Assembly: GCA_000388065.2 (NCBI GenBank)
Contig: KB932207.1
Strand: one strand, 5' to 3'
From: Fonticula alba ATCC 38817
Taxonomy: Eukaryota > Protista > Nucleariida
Length of the DNA stretch: 64,000 nt
How positions within the stretch are numbered: position 1 is the stretch's first letter; each line of letters opens with the position of its first letter. The notes under the pieces are model-generated. The model was not told the DNA's origin and searched no databases. It worked only from the letters and a program-made list of their open reading frames with translations. A program made the position numbers and the translations under genes. Positions 12,901-25,224 of this stretch are shown here, in pieces.

Positions 12901-13800
12901 GGCTCGGGTCCGCTGCACGCAGGGTGTCCCGCTGCATCTGCAGGCCGCGTCGCCCGGCGGTGGCCGTGCTCCAGGCCGGCAGTCTTCCGTGATCGACACG
13001 CCAAACTCCATGCCCTCGCACGCCATCGACGGGGTGACCAGCCCGGTCCCGGCCTCCGGGGATGATGCCGTGGCCGCGGCCGCCGGGCGCCAGGCCGCCG
13101 ATCACGACTTCCTCTTTCTGCGCTTCAGCGAGCTCGAGCGCCTGCAGAGTACGTCGCACTGGGAGGGGGCCGGGGGCTTCTGCTCGCCTCCCGGCGCTTT
13201 GGTCTCTTGCCTGTGCTTTACTCCTCTCCCTGCCTTTCATCCATTTTCACGCGTGCTCACCCGCTCCCTCCCCCCCCCCCCCCCCTCCCCCCTCCCCTCA
13301 CACACGCACGCACGCTAGACTCGCGCATCCAGCGCACCGGCGACGAGACCGACGCCGCGCAGTCCGATGCCGGGCTCGGGCCGACTGAGGCCGACCTGGC
13401 CGAGGACCGGGCCGTCATCGCCCGGCTCAACCGGAACATTGCTCGGGTCTGGAATGACCTGCCCCCGGGGACGCTCTTCCTCTTCCTCACCGGGCAGGGG
13501 GACATGACGCAGGTGAAGCGCCTGCTGAACCGCATCAATGGCCGGAAGCGCCTGCAGCAGGCCATGCGCAATACGCCCCTCACGCCGGCCGCCTTCGATG
13601 CCATGACTCGCGATGATCTGGAGCTCCAGACGCTGATCGACGCCGCGCGCGTCGGGTGGTGCGGCCTGGCAGTGCGCGACATCGGCGAGTGCACCCTCCT
13701 GGGGATAGACGGCACCGGGGCCGCCGGGGCCGCCAAGACCCCGGCGGCCGCCGGCGATGTCTCCGCTGGCACCGAGCCTGCCGCGCCAGCCACCGAGTGA
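8689..13800 (+). CDS. REXO1: RNA exonuclease 1 (REXO1/Rex1-like, DEDDh); multi-exon (8689-8850, 8985-9035, 9162-11471, 11635-11750, 12469-..., last exon ending 13800)
   Basis: Seen: DIRDLVLWTIGEG N-terminal block, then AIDCEM|C, ELTRLS, VKP...IIDYNTK|FSGIT, LVGHSLENDL and GHDSVEDA. All DEDDh residues are present. Confidence 0.9.
9757..10028 (+). repeat. Coding triplet-repeat array (GCT/GGT/GCC/ACC) encoding (AAG)n, (ATA)n and poly-Thr
   Basis: Seen in ORF 9021..11567. Confidence 0.85.
11795..12422 (+). repeat. Intronic pyrimidine minisatellites (TCTCTCTCCT)n and (CTCCCTCCCGCT)n flanking an N-gap
   Basis: Seen on both sides of gap 11920-12344. Confidence 0.85.
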
Positions 13801-14220
13801 GCCCCTTCCCCCTCCAATGCCCCGCGACAGCCGCGGCTTTGCGTCGCCCAATCCCTCCTTGTGTTTGACTCCCCCCCCCCTCCACTCCATCTCTCTCTCT
13901 CTCTCCCTCTCTGTCTCTGTCTTTGCCTCTGTGCGTGCTCCTCCCATTGTTCTGGGCGGGGCTCCCTCGTGCCCTGTGGCCGCGTTTCGCGGTGCTTCGA
14001 CAGCCGGCCCCTACGCCCCGGAGGCCATGTCCCCCCTCGGAGAGCATAGACTATACTGCCTGTGGATTGTGCGTGTGTATGTGTGTGTGTGTGTGTGTGG
14101 CCTGGGAAAGGTCGTGTGCATGGGGCACATCCAGCCGGCTGCCTCCAGTCTAGGGGGGTATATTGTGAAGGTGGGAGAAAGGGGGGGGGGGGGGGGGAGG
14201 GGAGAAATGGTCGCCATCTA

Positions 14221-14565
14221 TCAGGGGTCCGGTAGCACTGCTCGGCAGACGGGACAGACAAGCTTGATGTCCAGCCACTGGCCCGGTGCGCATGAAGAGG
14301 GGAGGGGGACAAAAGGCGAGACAATGTGCCGGGTCAGTTGAGGGCATCCGCGGTACTTCAGTCGAAGAGGGAGACATGGCGCACCTGCTCCAGACACGCC
14401 TGGTGGAAGATATGGTTGCAAGGGGTGAGCATGTGCGGCTCTTTGCGCAAGTCCATCGACTCCAAGCAGATGCCGCACTCGACTTGCGCCCCGCCGCCTG
14501 GGCCGGCTGCCTCCTCGTCCATGGGCGGTTGCAAATACTCGTATGTCTTGATGGTGTTCTGTACG

Positions 14566-14605
<40 letters not shown>

Positions 14606-16342
14606 CGTGCGTGTGTGTGAACGTTTGTGTGAACGTGTCAATGCCTGCCAGAATGTTGGCCCCGGGTGCAAGAGGAGGCAAAAGGCTGACACGGACCCGT
14701 TGCAGCACGGCCGGCCAGAAGAAGCGCGGCCCGACGTAATGCTGAACCAGGATGACAGCGATCTGGAAAACCACGAAGCACGCCAACACCCCCGAGGGCC
14801 CACGGCCGAGTGGACGGCAAATTGAAGGGCGTGCGCGAGGAGGGGACCAGCCACATGTACAGAGGCAGGACCATGCGCGACAGCGGGACCAGAATCATGT
14901 ATGCGCTGAATGGATGCGACAGGTCAGTAAGAGCGTAGACGGGGAGAGGAGGCGCCCGTGGGGCGAGGGGGCGGCGCGCCGGACCGCCCGGGGAGAACGC
15001 ACGGCGTCAGCGGCCTGCGCAAGCCGCGCGTGAAGTTCATGAATATCTGAGGGAAGAGGAAGGAATGGAAGACAAGAGCGTAGATCAGACCGAAGACCTC
15101 GGCCGAGCTGTAGTAGAAGAAGAGACTGAAGGCCGCAAACATGTCTGTGCCGGCCCGAGGGGACATGTCAGCGATGAGGGGGTGCTGGAGTGGGTGGCCA
15201 GGTCAAGCATATGGACAAAGAAGAGGGAGCGCGAAAGGGAGGGGGGGGGAGCGAGAGAAGGAGAGAGAGAGATAGATAGAGAGAGAGAGAAAGAGGGAGA
15301 CAGGCCCACGTACAGAAGTTTGTGAACATGTAGTTCCAGGACTCGCGTCGAACTTGGGGATCGTTGAGGCCAGGCGCCCCCGGGTGCTGCAGCATGCCCG
15401 CAGTCCAGGTCATCTGCATGAATAGCACGCCGAAGAAAAGGAACTGGCACAGCTTGACGAAGGTGACAAGCGCGAAAAGGAGCATGCTCGAGTCTGGATC
15501 GCCGGGTCAGGGGCAAGGGCGGGCAGGGGAGGAGGTCGCGAGGCGGGCATATGGAGGAGGGATGCCCCGACATGGGGGGGGGGGGGGGGGGGGCACGCCC
15601 GCGCACGCCCACACGCACCAACCGACGGATATGCCGAGATATGGCGGAAGCAGATGGAGATGTCCAGCGCCGCCTGCAGCCAAATCATGAAGGGAGACAC
15701 GCGCGACAGCCGCTGGAGGAGGCCACGATAAGGCCGAGAGACGAGGGCATGAAGAGGGGGCGGTCAGTGCGGGAGTTCGCTCAAGAAAACGGCGCCAAGA
15801 GCCCCCCATCCCCCCCCCGGGGCCCCGAGGGAAAGGGCCTCATCCACAGCCAGCAACGCACGGCCTGGGTCTGTAGGGCCTCCATCTGCCGAGCGGTGAC
15901 GAAGTATTCCACCAGCGAGCAAACCAACAACACCAGGGCATATGTGCGCGCGTGCTGGTGGAAGACCGGCTGTCGGCGGCCATGTGAGGATGACACGGCC
16001 AGCGCCGGGGCCGGCAGACTAACCAGCGCCCGGTCCGGCGAGAGGACTATCATCCGGGCATTGAGCATGCCCGCGGTCACGTCATTCGGCAGGCTGGCCG
16101 ATCGGCCGGTCGGATTGGCCAGGGCCCGCTCGTAGGCCGCCACGTCGGCTGGCGTCACCCCGGCCGGCAGGGAGACCGGCTGGAAGAGCAGCAGCACAAA
16201 GTACGAGGGGTTCTGCTGCCACTCGCCGCGGTCGGCGAACTCGAAGTTCCGGAGCTCTAATTGGCCGACGTGATGTTGGTAGAGTCAGAAGTGGGATCCA
16301 AGGACCCGAAGGCGGGGAGGGGCGGGGAGGGGCGGGGAGGGG

Positions 16343-16402
<60 letters not shown>

Positions 16403-18009
16403 AGATGGAAAGGGGCGCGGAGGAGGCGAAGGAGCGAGGCTGACGGGACACGCGCGGCGCGCCACGTACCACGGGTCACATCCCAGGATGGATCAAATTC
16501 ATGCTTGGGCTGCAGCGTCGAGTTGAAGGTGCTCAGGATGTCGGCCGCGAGGCCGGCACTCGGGGCCAGCAAGTGGAGCAAGTCGGCGGCCGAGTGGTCC
16601 GACAGCACGGGGCTCGAGAAGCTGGACCCCAGCAAGGCCACCCCGAGCTTCGGCCAGTGGACCCCGAACATGGGGACCGTCGGAGTGGCCACCCGCAAGC
16701 GCACGGTGTCCTGCATGCGGAGGGTACCCTGGTATGGGATGAGCAGGCGGGTGCATGTGTGTGTGTGTGTGTGTGTGTGTTTGTGTGACCGAGAGTCTCA
16801 GAGTGTGAGCTTGATGGAGCCCCGAGAAGAAAGGGAGAGGCGAGGGAGAAGGAGGCGAGCCACCCGGGCACGCACCTTGACGAAGGCCCGGTCACTGGTC
16901 CGGTCGCTGGCCCAGTCATCCGGGTGCCGCGTCTCCAGCGACAGGACCATGGTCCCATTGCGGAAGGCCCAGGTGCTTGGATGAGAGCCGCGCAAGCGCG
17001 GAGGGCCGGCCCCGGCCCCGGCCCCGGCCCCGGCCCCGGGGCTCGGCGGGACGGCGCCCGTCTCGCCCGGTCCCGCCGACGGACTCGGCACCGGGGCCGG
17101 CTCCTCGCCCGGACCCCGGCCAGGCACCAAAGGCTGGGTCAAGTTCAGCGGAGCCATCCACCCCCCGGTGAAGGGCCACCCGGCCAGGATATCCGGGTTG
17201 GTGGCATTGATCGGATGATCGCTGGGCTTGGAGGTGAACAGGACCGACCGATCGACCAGGCTCGCCGGCGCGTGCCAGTCCGCCTGGATGATGGCCGTGA
17301 TGTTTGGCGGGAAGATGGTCCCCGCCCCGGCGACCGTGGCCCCGGGAGCAGGCCCCGGCTGTGGCGGAACCCCCTCGGCCGGGGCCAGCCGCGCGGCCGC
17401 CAGGCCCGAGGTGGCGTCCGTGGATGCCGGATCGCCCGCCGGCCTGCCGGGCCACTGGGGAACATGCTCATGCAGGAGATCCTGTACGAAATCCCGCAAC
17501 CCCGCCGGGAAGAGACGCTCGCGCGTGGCATACTCCAGCGCCGGCATGCTGTTGGCCGGCTGCCGGCTGCGCGCCGGCGGGGCCGACCGGAACCGCACAT
17601 ACCGGCCAAATTGATCCGGTCGGCGGAGGACATCGGCTGGCTGGAACCCCGGCGCATAGCGCTGGCGATACTTCACCAGGAAGGAGAACGGATCAAACGC
17701 CGGCTCCGGCAGGCTTTCCGGGGCGTCGCCATTGGCCATGGCGCTCACGGCCAGGGCAGCGCCACTGGAAGCCGGCGACTCGGAGCCAGGGCTCCCCCGG
17801 GCCGGAGCCGGCGGCTGGGGCGACACATCGACCGAAGCCCACCCGGGGGCCAACAACGACACCAGCAGCAGCAGGACCCCGAGCAGCGGGAGGAAATGGG
17901 CCCCAGACGGCCGGCGATTGGGACGCCGCCGCCGGCGGCCCAGTCGCCCGGGCACCACCGACATCATTCCCGCGAGAGGCGGCCCCACGCCGGGGGGGCG
18001 GGTCGGCAT
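14221..18009 (-). CDS. TUL1: Transmembrane RING-H2 E3 ubiquitin ligase, Tul1/Dsc1 family; multi-exon; start at 18009 or 17967
   Basis: Seen: signal-like FLPLLGVLLLLVSLLAPGWA, a lumenal region, several TM exons (SRVSLHMIWLQAALD; LLFALVTFVKLCQFLFFGV; YALVFHSFLFPQI), and C-terminal CGIC...MLTPCNHIFHQACLEQ|WLDIKLVCPVCRAVLP, stop at 14221. Confidence 0.85.
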
Positions 18010-18904
18010 CGGCGGCGAGCAAGGGGGGAAGGGGAAATGCAAATGGACAATCGGGGGAGGGAGTAGGGGCCGAGGAGAAGTAGAAAGGACCGAGGCGGGA
18101 CAGGAGGAAGAGAGGGGGAACCAAGAGAGAAAGAGGGGGAGAGAGAGAGAGAGGGAGAGAAAAAAGATGGCGCCGCGGGGGGGGGGGGAGATGGAATGCC
18201 CCGGGTGTGGCGGTACCACGCACTGGCCCCTTCTGAGAGCCAGGGAGGGAGGGCGAGGGGCGGCCGCGATCCCAGAACCCCGGAAACCGCGGGACACCAC
18301 CCTTCCACAGACAACATCCCCCACCCCTGGGCCGCCGGCTCAGGTACGCTGATCGACGCCACTGGCGCTTAACAAGCCCATTGTCTCCCCCCCCCCCCCC
18401 CCTCTGCCGAGGTCGGTGGACGATCGACGGCGCCTTTCCCTGTGTTTCCCGCGCTGTGGTGACGCCGCTCTGAGCCCAGGGCTGGGGCGCCTAAACACAT
18501 GTATGTATTGTGCTGCGGGAGCGGGGGAGGGGGGATAATAACACACACACACATGTGTGTGTGTGTCTATGGCGCGCAGCCTGCAAGGACAGGGGGGCAG
18601 AGAGCCGGGGGTGGAAATGCGCGAAGAAGGGCGGCGGACGGGCAGGGGGACCACGGGCCAGGCCCCGGGGAGCGGGGGGCGGCGAGTCAGCGGCCGCACG
18701 CCATAAAACGCGGCCCGCGCCTCTGTCTCTCGCTCTCTCTCGCTCTCTTTCTCTCTCTCTCTATATATCTCTCTGTCTCCCCCCCCCCCCCTCTCCCGCG
18801 CCCCCGCCAGCCACACCCGCGCGCCAGGCCGCGCCGCTCGCCGCGGACGAAGCGCGCATGGGGAAGCGCGCAGACAGCTCGATGGGTGATCACATGATAT
18901 TGCA

Positions 18905-21900
18905 TCACGAAACGTAGTCCTCGATCTCCTGCACCGGCCAGCCGGTCAGGTCCTCCTTGCGCAGGGCCGCCACCGACCGCAGGAGGCTGTCCGCCATGCC
19001 GGCGAGGGCGGTGTCGCTGGAGCAGAGGTGGAAAGTACCACGACGGCGCGAGTGCCACGGCGTGGGTGTTTTCGTGCAGGTCTGTCAGGGAATCGGCCAC
19101 GATGAGGGCGATGGCGATGGGGCAGCGACGGTGGCAACCGGGATGGCAGCTGGGAGGGGGGGGGGGGGGCACACACACACACAAACACAAATACACAAAC
19201 ACAGGAAGACACATACCTGACAGACTGAATCCACAGGCAGTAGTCCCGCAGCCAGACGCGCGCCAGCGGGCCGAAGCGGTCGTCCCGCTCCAGCATGTAC
19301 AGCAAGGCCAGCAGGGCGCGCAGGACCGCCGGACGGCCCAGCTGCAGGAGGGTGACCACGTCACGGGCCACCGCCCGCGCGGCCAGGTCCCAGTGCCGCA
19401 GGAAGGGGAAGGCCAGCGCACGGCGGATGCACCCGAGCAGAACCTCGCGTGGCGTGGCCGCCGGGCCAAAGAGACCAGCCAAGGTGGCCGGCTCGCGAGC
19501 CCGGAAGTCCTCGTCATCCGAGTCCGAGTCCGAGTCCGAGTCATCCGAATCTGAATCCGAATCCGAGCTCGAGTCCGAGTCCGAGTCCGAGTCCGAGTCC
19601 GAGTCAGACATCGACATGTCCGAATCCACATTCATCTCGCTGGGGACCGAGTGGCCCAGGACAGGGGCCGACGCATCCTGTGCCACCATGCCGACACTCT
19701 CGCCATCGCCATCGTCGGAGTCGACATCCACAGGATCGAAGCCCGTCAGGGCCTCACCGAGGATGGCCCCGGCCGTGGGCCCGGCCTCATGGCGCAGAGG
19801 AGCCGCCGCGCACACCGACCAGCCCAGCGCGGCCGAAATCTCGCCAATGGTGTCGCCCGCCAGGACGCCACTCTCCTCGGAGTCCGACATGGAGCCCGGC
19901 CCCCGACGAGCTGGCGCGTCCGAATCGCTCCCATCACCGAGGACCTCAATGAGGAAGGGGCGCTTGCGCGAGGCGTCGGCTTCCCGGCCGGCTGGCTGCC
20001 ACGCCGGGGCGCCATCCTCCTTGATGGCATCCGAGGGGGGATCCGATGCCTCGAAGGAAAGCAGAGCCCCTGAGGCTGGGGCGCCGGTCGGCGTCGGCAC
20101 GGCCCCGGCCGCGCCCCAGCCCAACCGCGCGGCTACCGCCGCCTGGTGCTCGGCCACCAGGCGCCCGGGCAGATCCCCCGCCCGGCCAACCTCCGCCAGC
20201 AGGTCCTCATCGAGGTACTCCATCAATGGGGGGGGAGCTGCCCCCGGGGGGAAGGGCTCCCGGTCGGCGTGCTCCCCGGCCAGGTCCTCGGCGTCGGCGA
20301 ATTCGGCGAAGGCCTCGCGCAGAATGCGCGCCAGCGGCGTGGCGGCATACGTCTCCAACCCGGCCAGCATGGGGCTCACATGCACGCATGTCCAGGCCGA
20401 TTCGACCGTTGACTCGCCTTGGCACACGCGCAGGTTGTAGCTGTAGCAGAAGAGCAGGTCAATCAGGCCCAAGAGGGTCGCCCGGGGGTCGGCAACGGGG
20501 GGAGCTGTGTACATGTTTCCCATCCGTGTTTCATGCGTGTGTGTGTGTGTGTGTGTGTGCGAGCGAGCGAGAGAGGAGAGAGACAAGAGAGAAAAGAGAG
20601 AGAGAGAAGAGAGGAAGAAAGAGAGAGAGAGAAGAGAGGAAGAAAGAGAGAGAGAGAAGAGAGGAAGAAAGAGAGAGAGAGAAGAGAGGAAGAAAGAGAG
20701 AGAGAGAGAGAGAAGAGAGAAAGAAAAAGAGAGACAGAGAAGAGAGAAAGAAAAAGAGAGACAGAGAGACAGAGAGACAGAGAGAGAGAAGGGAGAGAGG
20801 GCGCGGGCGCGGGCGCGGAAGGGGACGTAGAAAGGGGCGCGGGCGCGCATTTGTGCGTGTGTATAGATGTGCCAGTGTGCAGGCGTGCAGGCATGCAAAG
20901 GGACGAGGGTGCGGGCGTGCCCGTGCGCCAAAGGCGTGCGCGGTCGCGTGGACAGGGTGAGCGAATGCCGGTCGGGCAGGAAAACACCGGGCAGCCGGGA
21001 TCCAACAGCCAAGGAGCGTGCGTAAACGTACCGCCCCCACGCGGCAGCTCGCGCAGCTGCTTGGACTCGCGCGCCGAATAGCCAAATTGCGGGATGTCGA
21101 CTGCCACGCCGGCGGCCACCGGCACCGACCGGACCAAGAGCTCCCCGCTGGCAGGCCCAGCCAGCATGGCATCCGAGGCCACGGGGCCCCAGAACGCCGC
21201 GGTGGCAGTGGCCACCGCGGCGGCCGTCCGCCGATTACGCTCCTCCGCCGGGAGATCGCCCCCTTCGGTGGCCATGGCAGCCCGGACCGCTCGCCGGACC
21301 CCGGCCAGGTCCTGTGCCCGGTCCTGCCAGTAGGTCCGAAAAGCCAGGCTCTCGGCCACCAGCCCCGACTCGTCGGCGAAGTCACTGGCATAATGCTCCG
21401 GGCAGAACTTCGCCGCTTCGGCCAGGCGACGAAGCGCCCGCCGGCGCCCGGCCACCCCGGGCCCCGAACTCAAGGTCAGCAGCGGGTCCCGGTCCAGCGC
21501 CCGGACCGGCAGCGGCAGACAGATCAGAACCTCCGCCGACCCGAGCCCGAAGAAGGGGTTCAGCCGGTCGGTGGAGATGGGCGTCGCGCCGGCCGGCGCC
21601 GGTGGCACCAGCGACTCAGCGAACCCCACCCCCGGCATGTCGCCCAGGGCGATGTTCTACCCGATACGTCGAGCAGGAGGGACGCCAAAGGGAGGCCAGT
21701 CAGCAACAGACACCCAGGGAAGGGGCCCAAGAAAAGGCAGGCAGACCGCCGGCCAGGCGCGGCACCGGGGGCATGTCCACCGGACAGACGCCTGGCCAGG
21801 GGGCGGGGGGGGGGGGGGGGGGCAAAGCAAACGCACACGCAGCGCCCCGAGAGCCGACCCGGCGCCCTCGGCCTGGTCCAGCTCCCAGTCAAAGTCATCC

Positions 21901-22478
21901 GGGAAGGCCTGGCTCCCAAGGCGAAGGCGTTCATCGAGGTTCAGCGCATCGAGCGCCGCATCGGTGTCGACCGTGTGGCTGGCCGAGGACACAACTTCGA
22001 CCGCGGGCCCGGCCGAGGGAAACCCGGCCCCGGGCCCCGGGCCGGTGGCATCGGTGGTGCTGCCGCCGCCGCCGCCGCCGCCGCGGATCACCTTTTCCCC
22101 GGTGATGCCCATGCCCAGGTGGTCCATATGCTCGCGCTGCCGGCGGGTCGCCAGCAGGCGCGACTGCATGTCCAGGCCGTCAAACCACTCGCCGGGATTG
22201 GCCTTCGGCACCACGACGTCCAGCCAACCAGACCCGATGTCATAGCTGACCCGCCAGTCTTCCTCCACCTCGGACAGCAGCCCCGGCAGGTAGAGGCGCA
22301 GGAAGTACGGCCGCGCGTGCACGCGCAGCGAGTCCTCGGCCACCGCGATGTCGATGCCATTCGGATGCGAGGTCTCCGGCGCATCGTGCTCCGCCGACCG
22401 CAGGGACAGATGCGGCGTGTGCGCTCGCAGGTGCAGGTGCGTCTCCGACTGGGTGACGTCGAAGTCCGGGGTGATCAT
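18905..22478 (-). CDS. SHQ1: SHQ1 H/ACA RNP assembly chaperone; multi-exon
   Basis: Seen: N-terminal CS domain MITPDFDVTQS...ARPYFLRLYLPG...SYDIGSG...PKANPGEWFDGLD. C-terminal LIDLLFCYSYNLRVCQGESTVESAW and IRRALAFPFLRHWDL match the SHQ1 domain. Confidence 0.9.
20570..20800 (+). repeat. GA-rich intronic microsatellite (SHQ1 intron)
   Basis: Seen: imperfect AGAGAGGAAGAAAGAGAGAGAGA units. Confidence 0.85.
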
Positions 22479-23216
22479 TCTTCCGTCGCGGCTGCGTGAG
22501 CGCGGGGCCGTGGGTGTGTGGGTGTGGCGGGAGAGGGGAAGACGAGAGGGGAGAGACAGAGAGGGGAGAGTGGGATACAGGCACAGAGAGCCAAAGAGAG
22601 AGAGAGAGAGAGGGGGGGGGGGGGGAAAGAGAGGTGGAAAGAGGAGGGGACTGGCGGGTCACCGCGGGCCGGGTTCACCGGGCGATCCGAAAACTGGCCC
22701 CGGCGCCGGCCCACGCGTCCACGTCCCCCCCCCCCCCCCCCCACGCGCCTGGGGCTTTGAGCGGGAGGCGACCGGCGCGCCTCATGGGGGCCATTCGTTG
22801 GCACTTGATCAGTCCCGATCTCCGGGCCATGAGATTGCCCCGCCGCGGCCCCAGGGCGGTTGGGGGAGGGGCCGACGGGGCGGCGATCGCGCTTCCCGCG
22901 GGGACGGGCAAAATTAATGTGTCTCACACCTGGGGGCCAGGCCCGCGAGTCTGCACAGCCTTCCTCCACACATACACACACACACACACACGCACGCCCT
23001 CCCCCGCCCCTCCTTCTCTTCACGCCCCTACACCGGAGTTTACTCGCCCACGCTGGCGCTCGCGTGCGCACGCCAAGTCTCACTGGCCTCCGCCTCGGCC
23101 GGCACAGCCGTACACAACGCACTAGCCCCCCCCCCCCCTCCCTCCCTCCTCCTCCTCCTCCTCCTCCTGCGCGCGCGTGCGTGCGTGCGTGCGCATACAC
23201 GCACATCCACACCGCC

Positions 23217-24655
23217 ATGACGCGCTACATGAGCGCCAAGGTCCGTGCCTGGCATGCTTCCTGTCTTGCCATTCGTCGCCTCGGCCCCCTCCATCTCTCC
23301 CTCTCGCTGACGCCCGCCCTCATGCAGTCCTACCACCCGAACAGCATGGCCAATCGCCGCCGTGTCTGGGAGGCCGAGCAACGAGCAGCCGACGATGAAC
23401 GGCGCCGCCGCGATCGGGAGCGCCAGCTGCGCGACGAACGAAGCGCCGCAGCCACCGGACCGTGCGCCTTTACTCCCCCTCCTTCTCTCCCCCCGCGCCG
23501 GCACGCACAATGGCCCCAACCCCCTCACGCACCCGCCCGACATGCAACCACCCCGTGTACAGGCGCTCCTCGGTGGATTTCCTCTATTCCCGCGAGGACC
23601 GAGCTCGACAGCAGGAGGCGGTGGGATTTGTACCCGCCTCATCGGCGTCGGGGAGGGGACGCCCTCGCTCGCCGGGCCCGGCAAATCGGGCCGCGGCTGA
23701 TGCCCCCGGCGGTAGGCACCACCGCCGGTCCGGCTTCGAAGCCGGCGAAGACCCCGGCCTCGACTTTGCCAATGGCGATGATGCTGATGATGATGACGAC
23801 GACACCGAGGGGTCTGGCCTGGCCCGGGCACACGTCCGCCACCGGGGCCAGCGCCCCGACCGTCGTGCGCCAGGCCCCGAGGCCGCCTCGGACACCGGGG
23901 CCGTCGTCCCGCCGGACGGGCCCGGGCACTATGATGACTACACGGCGTCTCTGACACGATACATCCGCCGGCCAGCCGGGCGTACGGCCCCGGCGGCCCG
24001 GCTGCCGGCTGCGGCCGTCCAGCTCGAGCCCGAGCCCGAGCCCGAGCCCGACAAGTCGCTGACGGCTCGTGCGCCTGGCTCACGCCCATACTTCCGCCAT
24101 GGGGCCCGGGATGAGGACCGCGCCCAGGCGGCCGCCGCGCGATACCTCCACCGCGAGGACCCCTTTGCGGCCGGGAGCGCTCTCGATTCGGCACCCGGCC
24201 CCGGGCTGAGCAATGTCTCGGATGATGTGCTTCTCCAGGCGGCTCTCCTGCTGGAAGCGCGCCCGGAGGACATGGTGACGACGCCCGGCGGCCCGGGGAT
24301 GCCCGGGGCCACGGGGGCTGGCGCGGCACCTGGGCGCAGCCTGGGCGGGGGGCTCCGTCTGCGTCCTTCGGCCACGGCCATTGTCGCGCCGTATGCAGCA
24401 CCACATGGCCGCGCGCCGGCCGCCGCCTCGGCCCCAAGTCCGGGCCCGGCCTCGGCTGCGCGGCCTACGGTGGCCCTCGGGCCGGAGTCTGGCGAGACCG
24501 AGCGCGCGGCCGCGGCCCGGGCCCTGTACCTTCGCCGGGCGGTGGAGACCGGCGATCCGCACATCCGATGGCTCGGGCAGCTGTCGCTCCAGCAGCGCCG
24601 GAACCTCTGGCGCGCTATCCAGATCCAGCGGGCAGCCGGGCGTCGGGCGCACTGA
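23217..24655 (+). CDS. CIR1/CWC25-family (Cir_N domain) putative splicing factor; exons 23217-23240, 23328-23461, 23563-24655
   Basis: Seen: spliced MTRYMSAK|SYHPNSMANRRRVWEAEQRAADDERRRRDRERQLRDE...P|RSSVDFLY (cf. CIR1 NYMCKKDFHP...KVWMAEQK...LNFMY). Both introns are GT-AG and in frame. Confidence 0.7.
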
Positions 24656-25224
24656 CTTGTCTTCCTCCGGCATGCACACGCCCACATGCGCACCTGCATA
24701 GGTGTCTCCCTCGGTCCATCTTCTTTTTTTTTTTACCCCTCTCGCACGTGGCCATCCGAGTGGGATGGCCGCGTTCGATGGGTCGAGAAGGATGAGAGGC
24801 GGAGAGGGCGAGAAATGGGGAAAGAAAAGCCATTTATAAATTCACATATTTTTGTATTCGCGCTCGAGAGGAAGAACACCAGAGGACGGCAGAAGCCCTG
24901 GCAGGGTACGCGCGGGGCGGGAGGGGGGNNNNNNNNNNNNNNNNNNNNNNNNNNNNNNNNNNNNNNNNNNNNNNNNNNNNNNNNNNNNNNNNNNNNNNNN
25001 NNNNNNNNNNNNNNNNNNNNNNNNNNNNNNNNNNNNNNNNNNNNNNNNNNNNNNNNNNNNNNNNNNNNNNNNNNNNNNNNNNNNNNNNNNNNNNNNNNNN
25101 NNNNNNNNNNNNNNNNNNNNNNNNNNNNNNNNNNNNNNNNNNNNNNNNNNNNNNNNNNNNNNNNNNNNNNNNNNNNNNNNNNNNNNNNNNNNNNNNNNNG
25201 GGGGGAGGAAGCCGGAAGAGGCGC

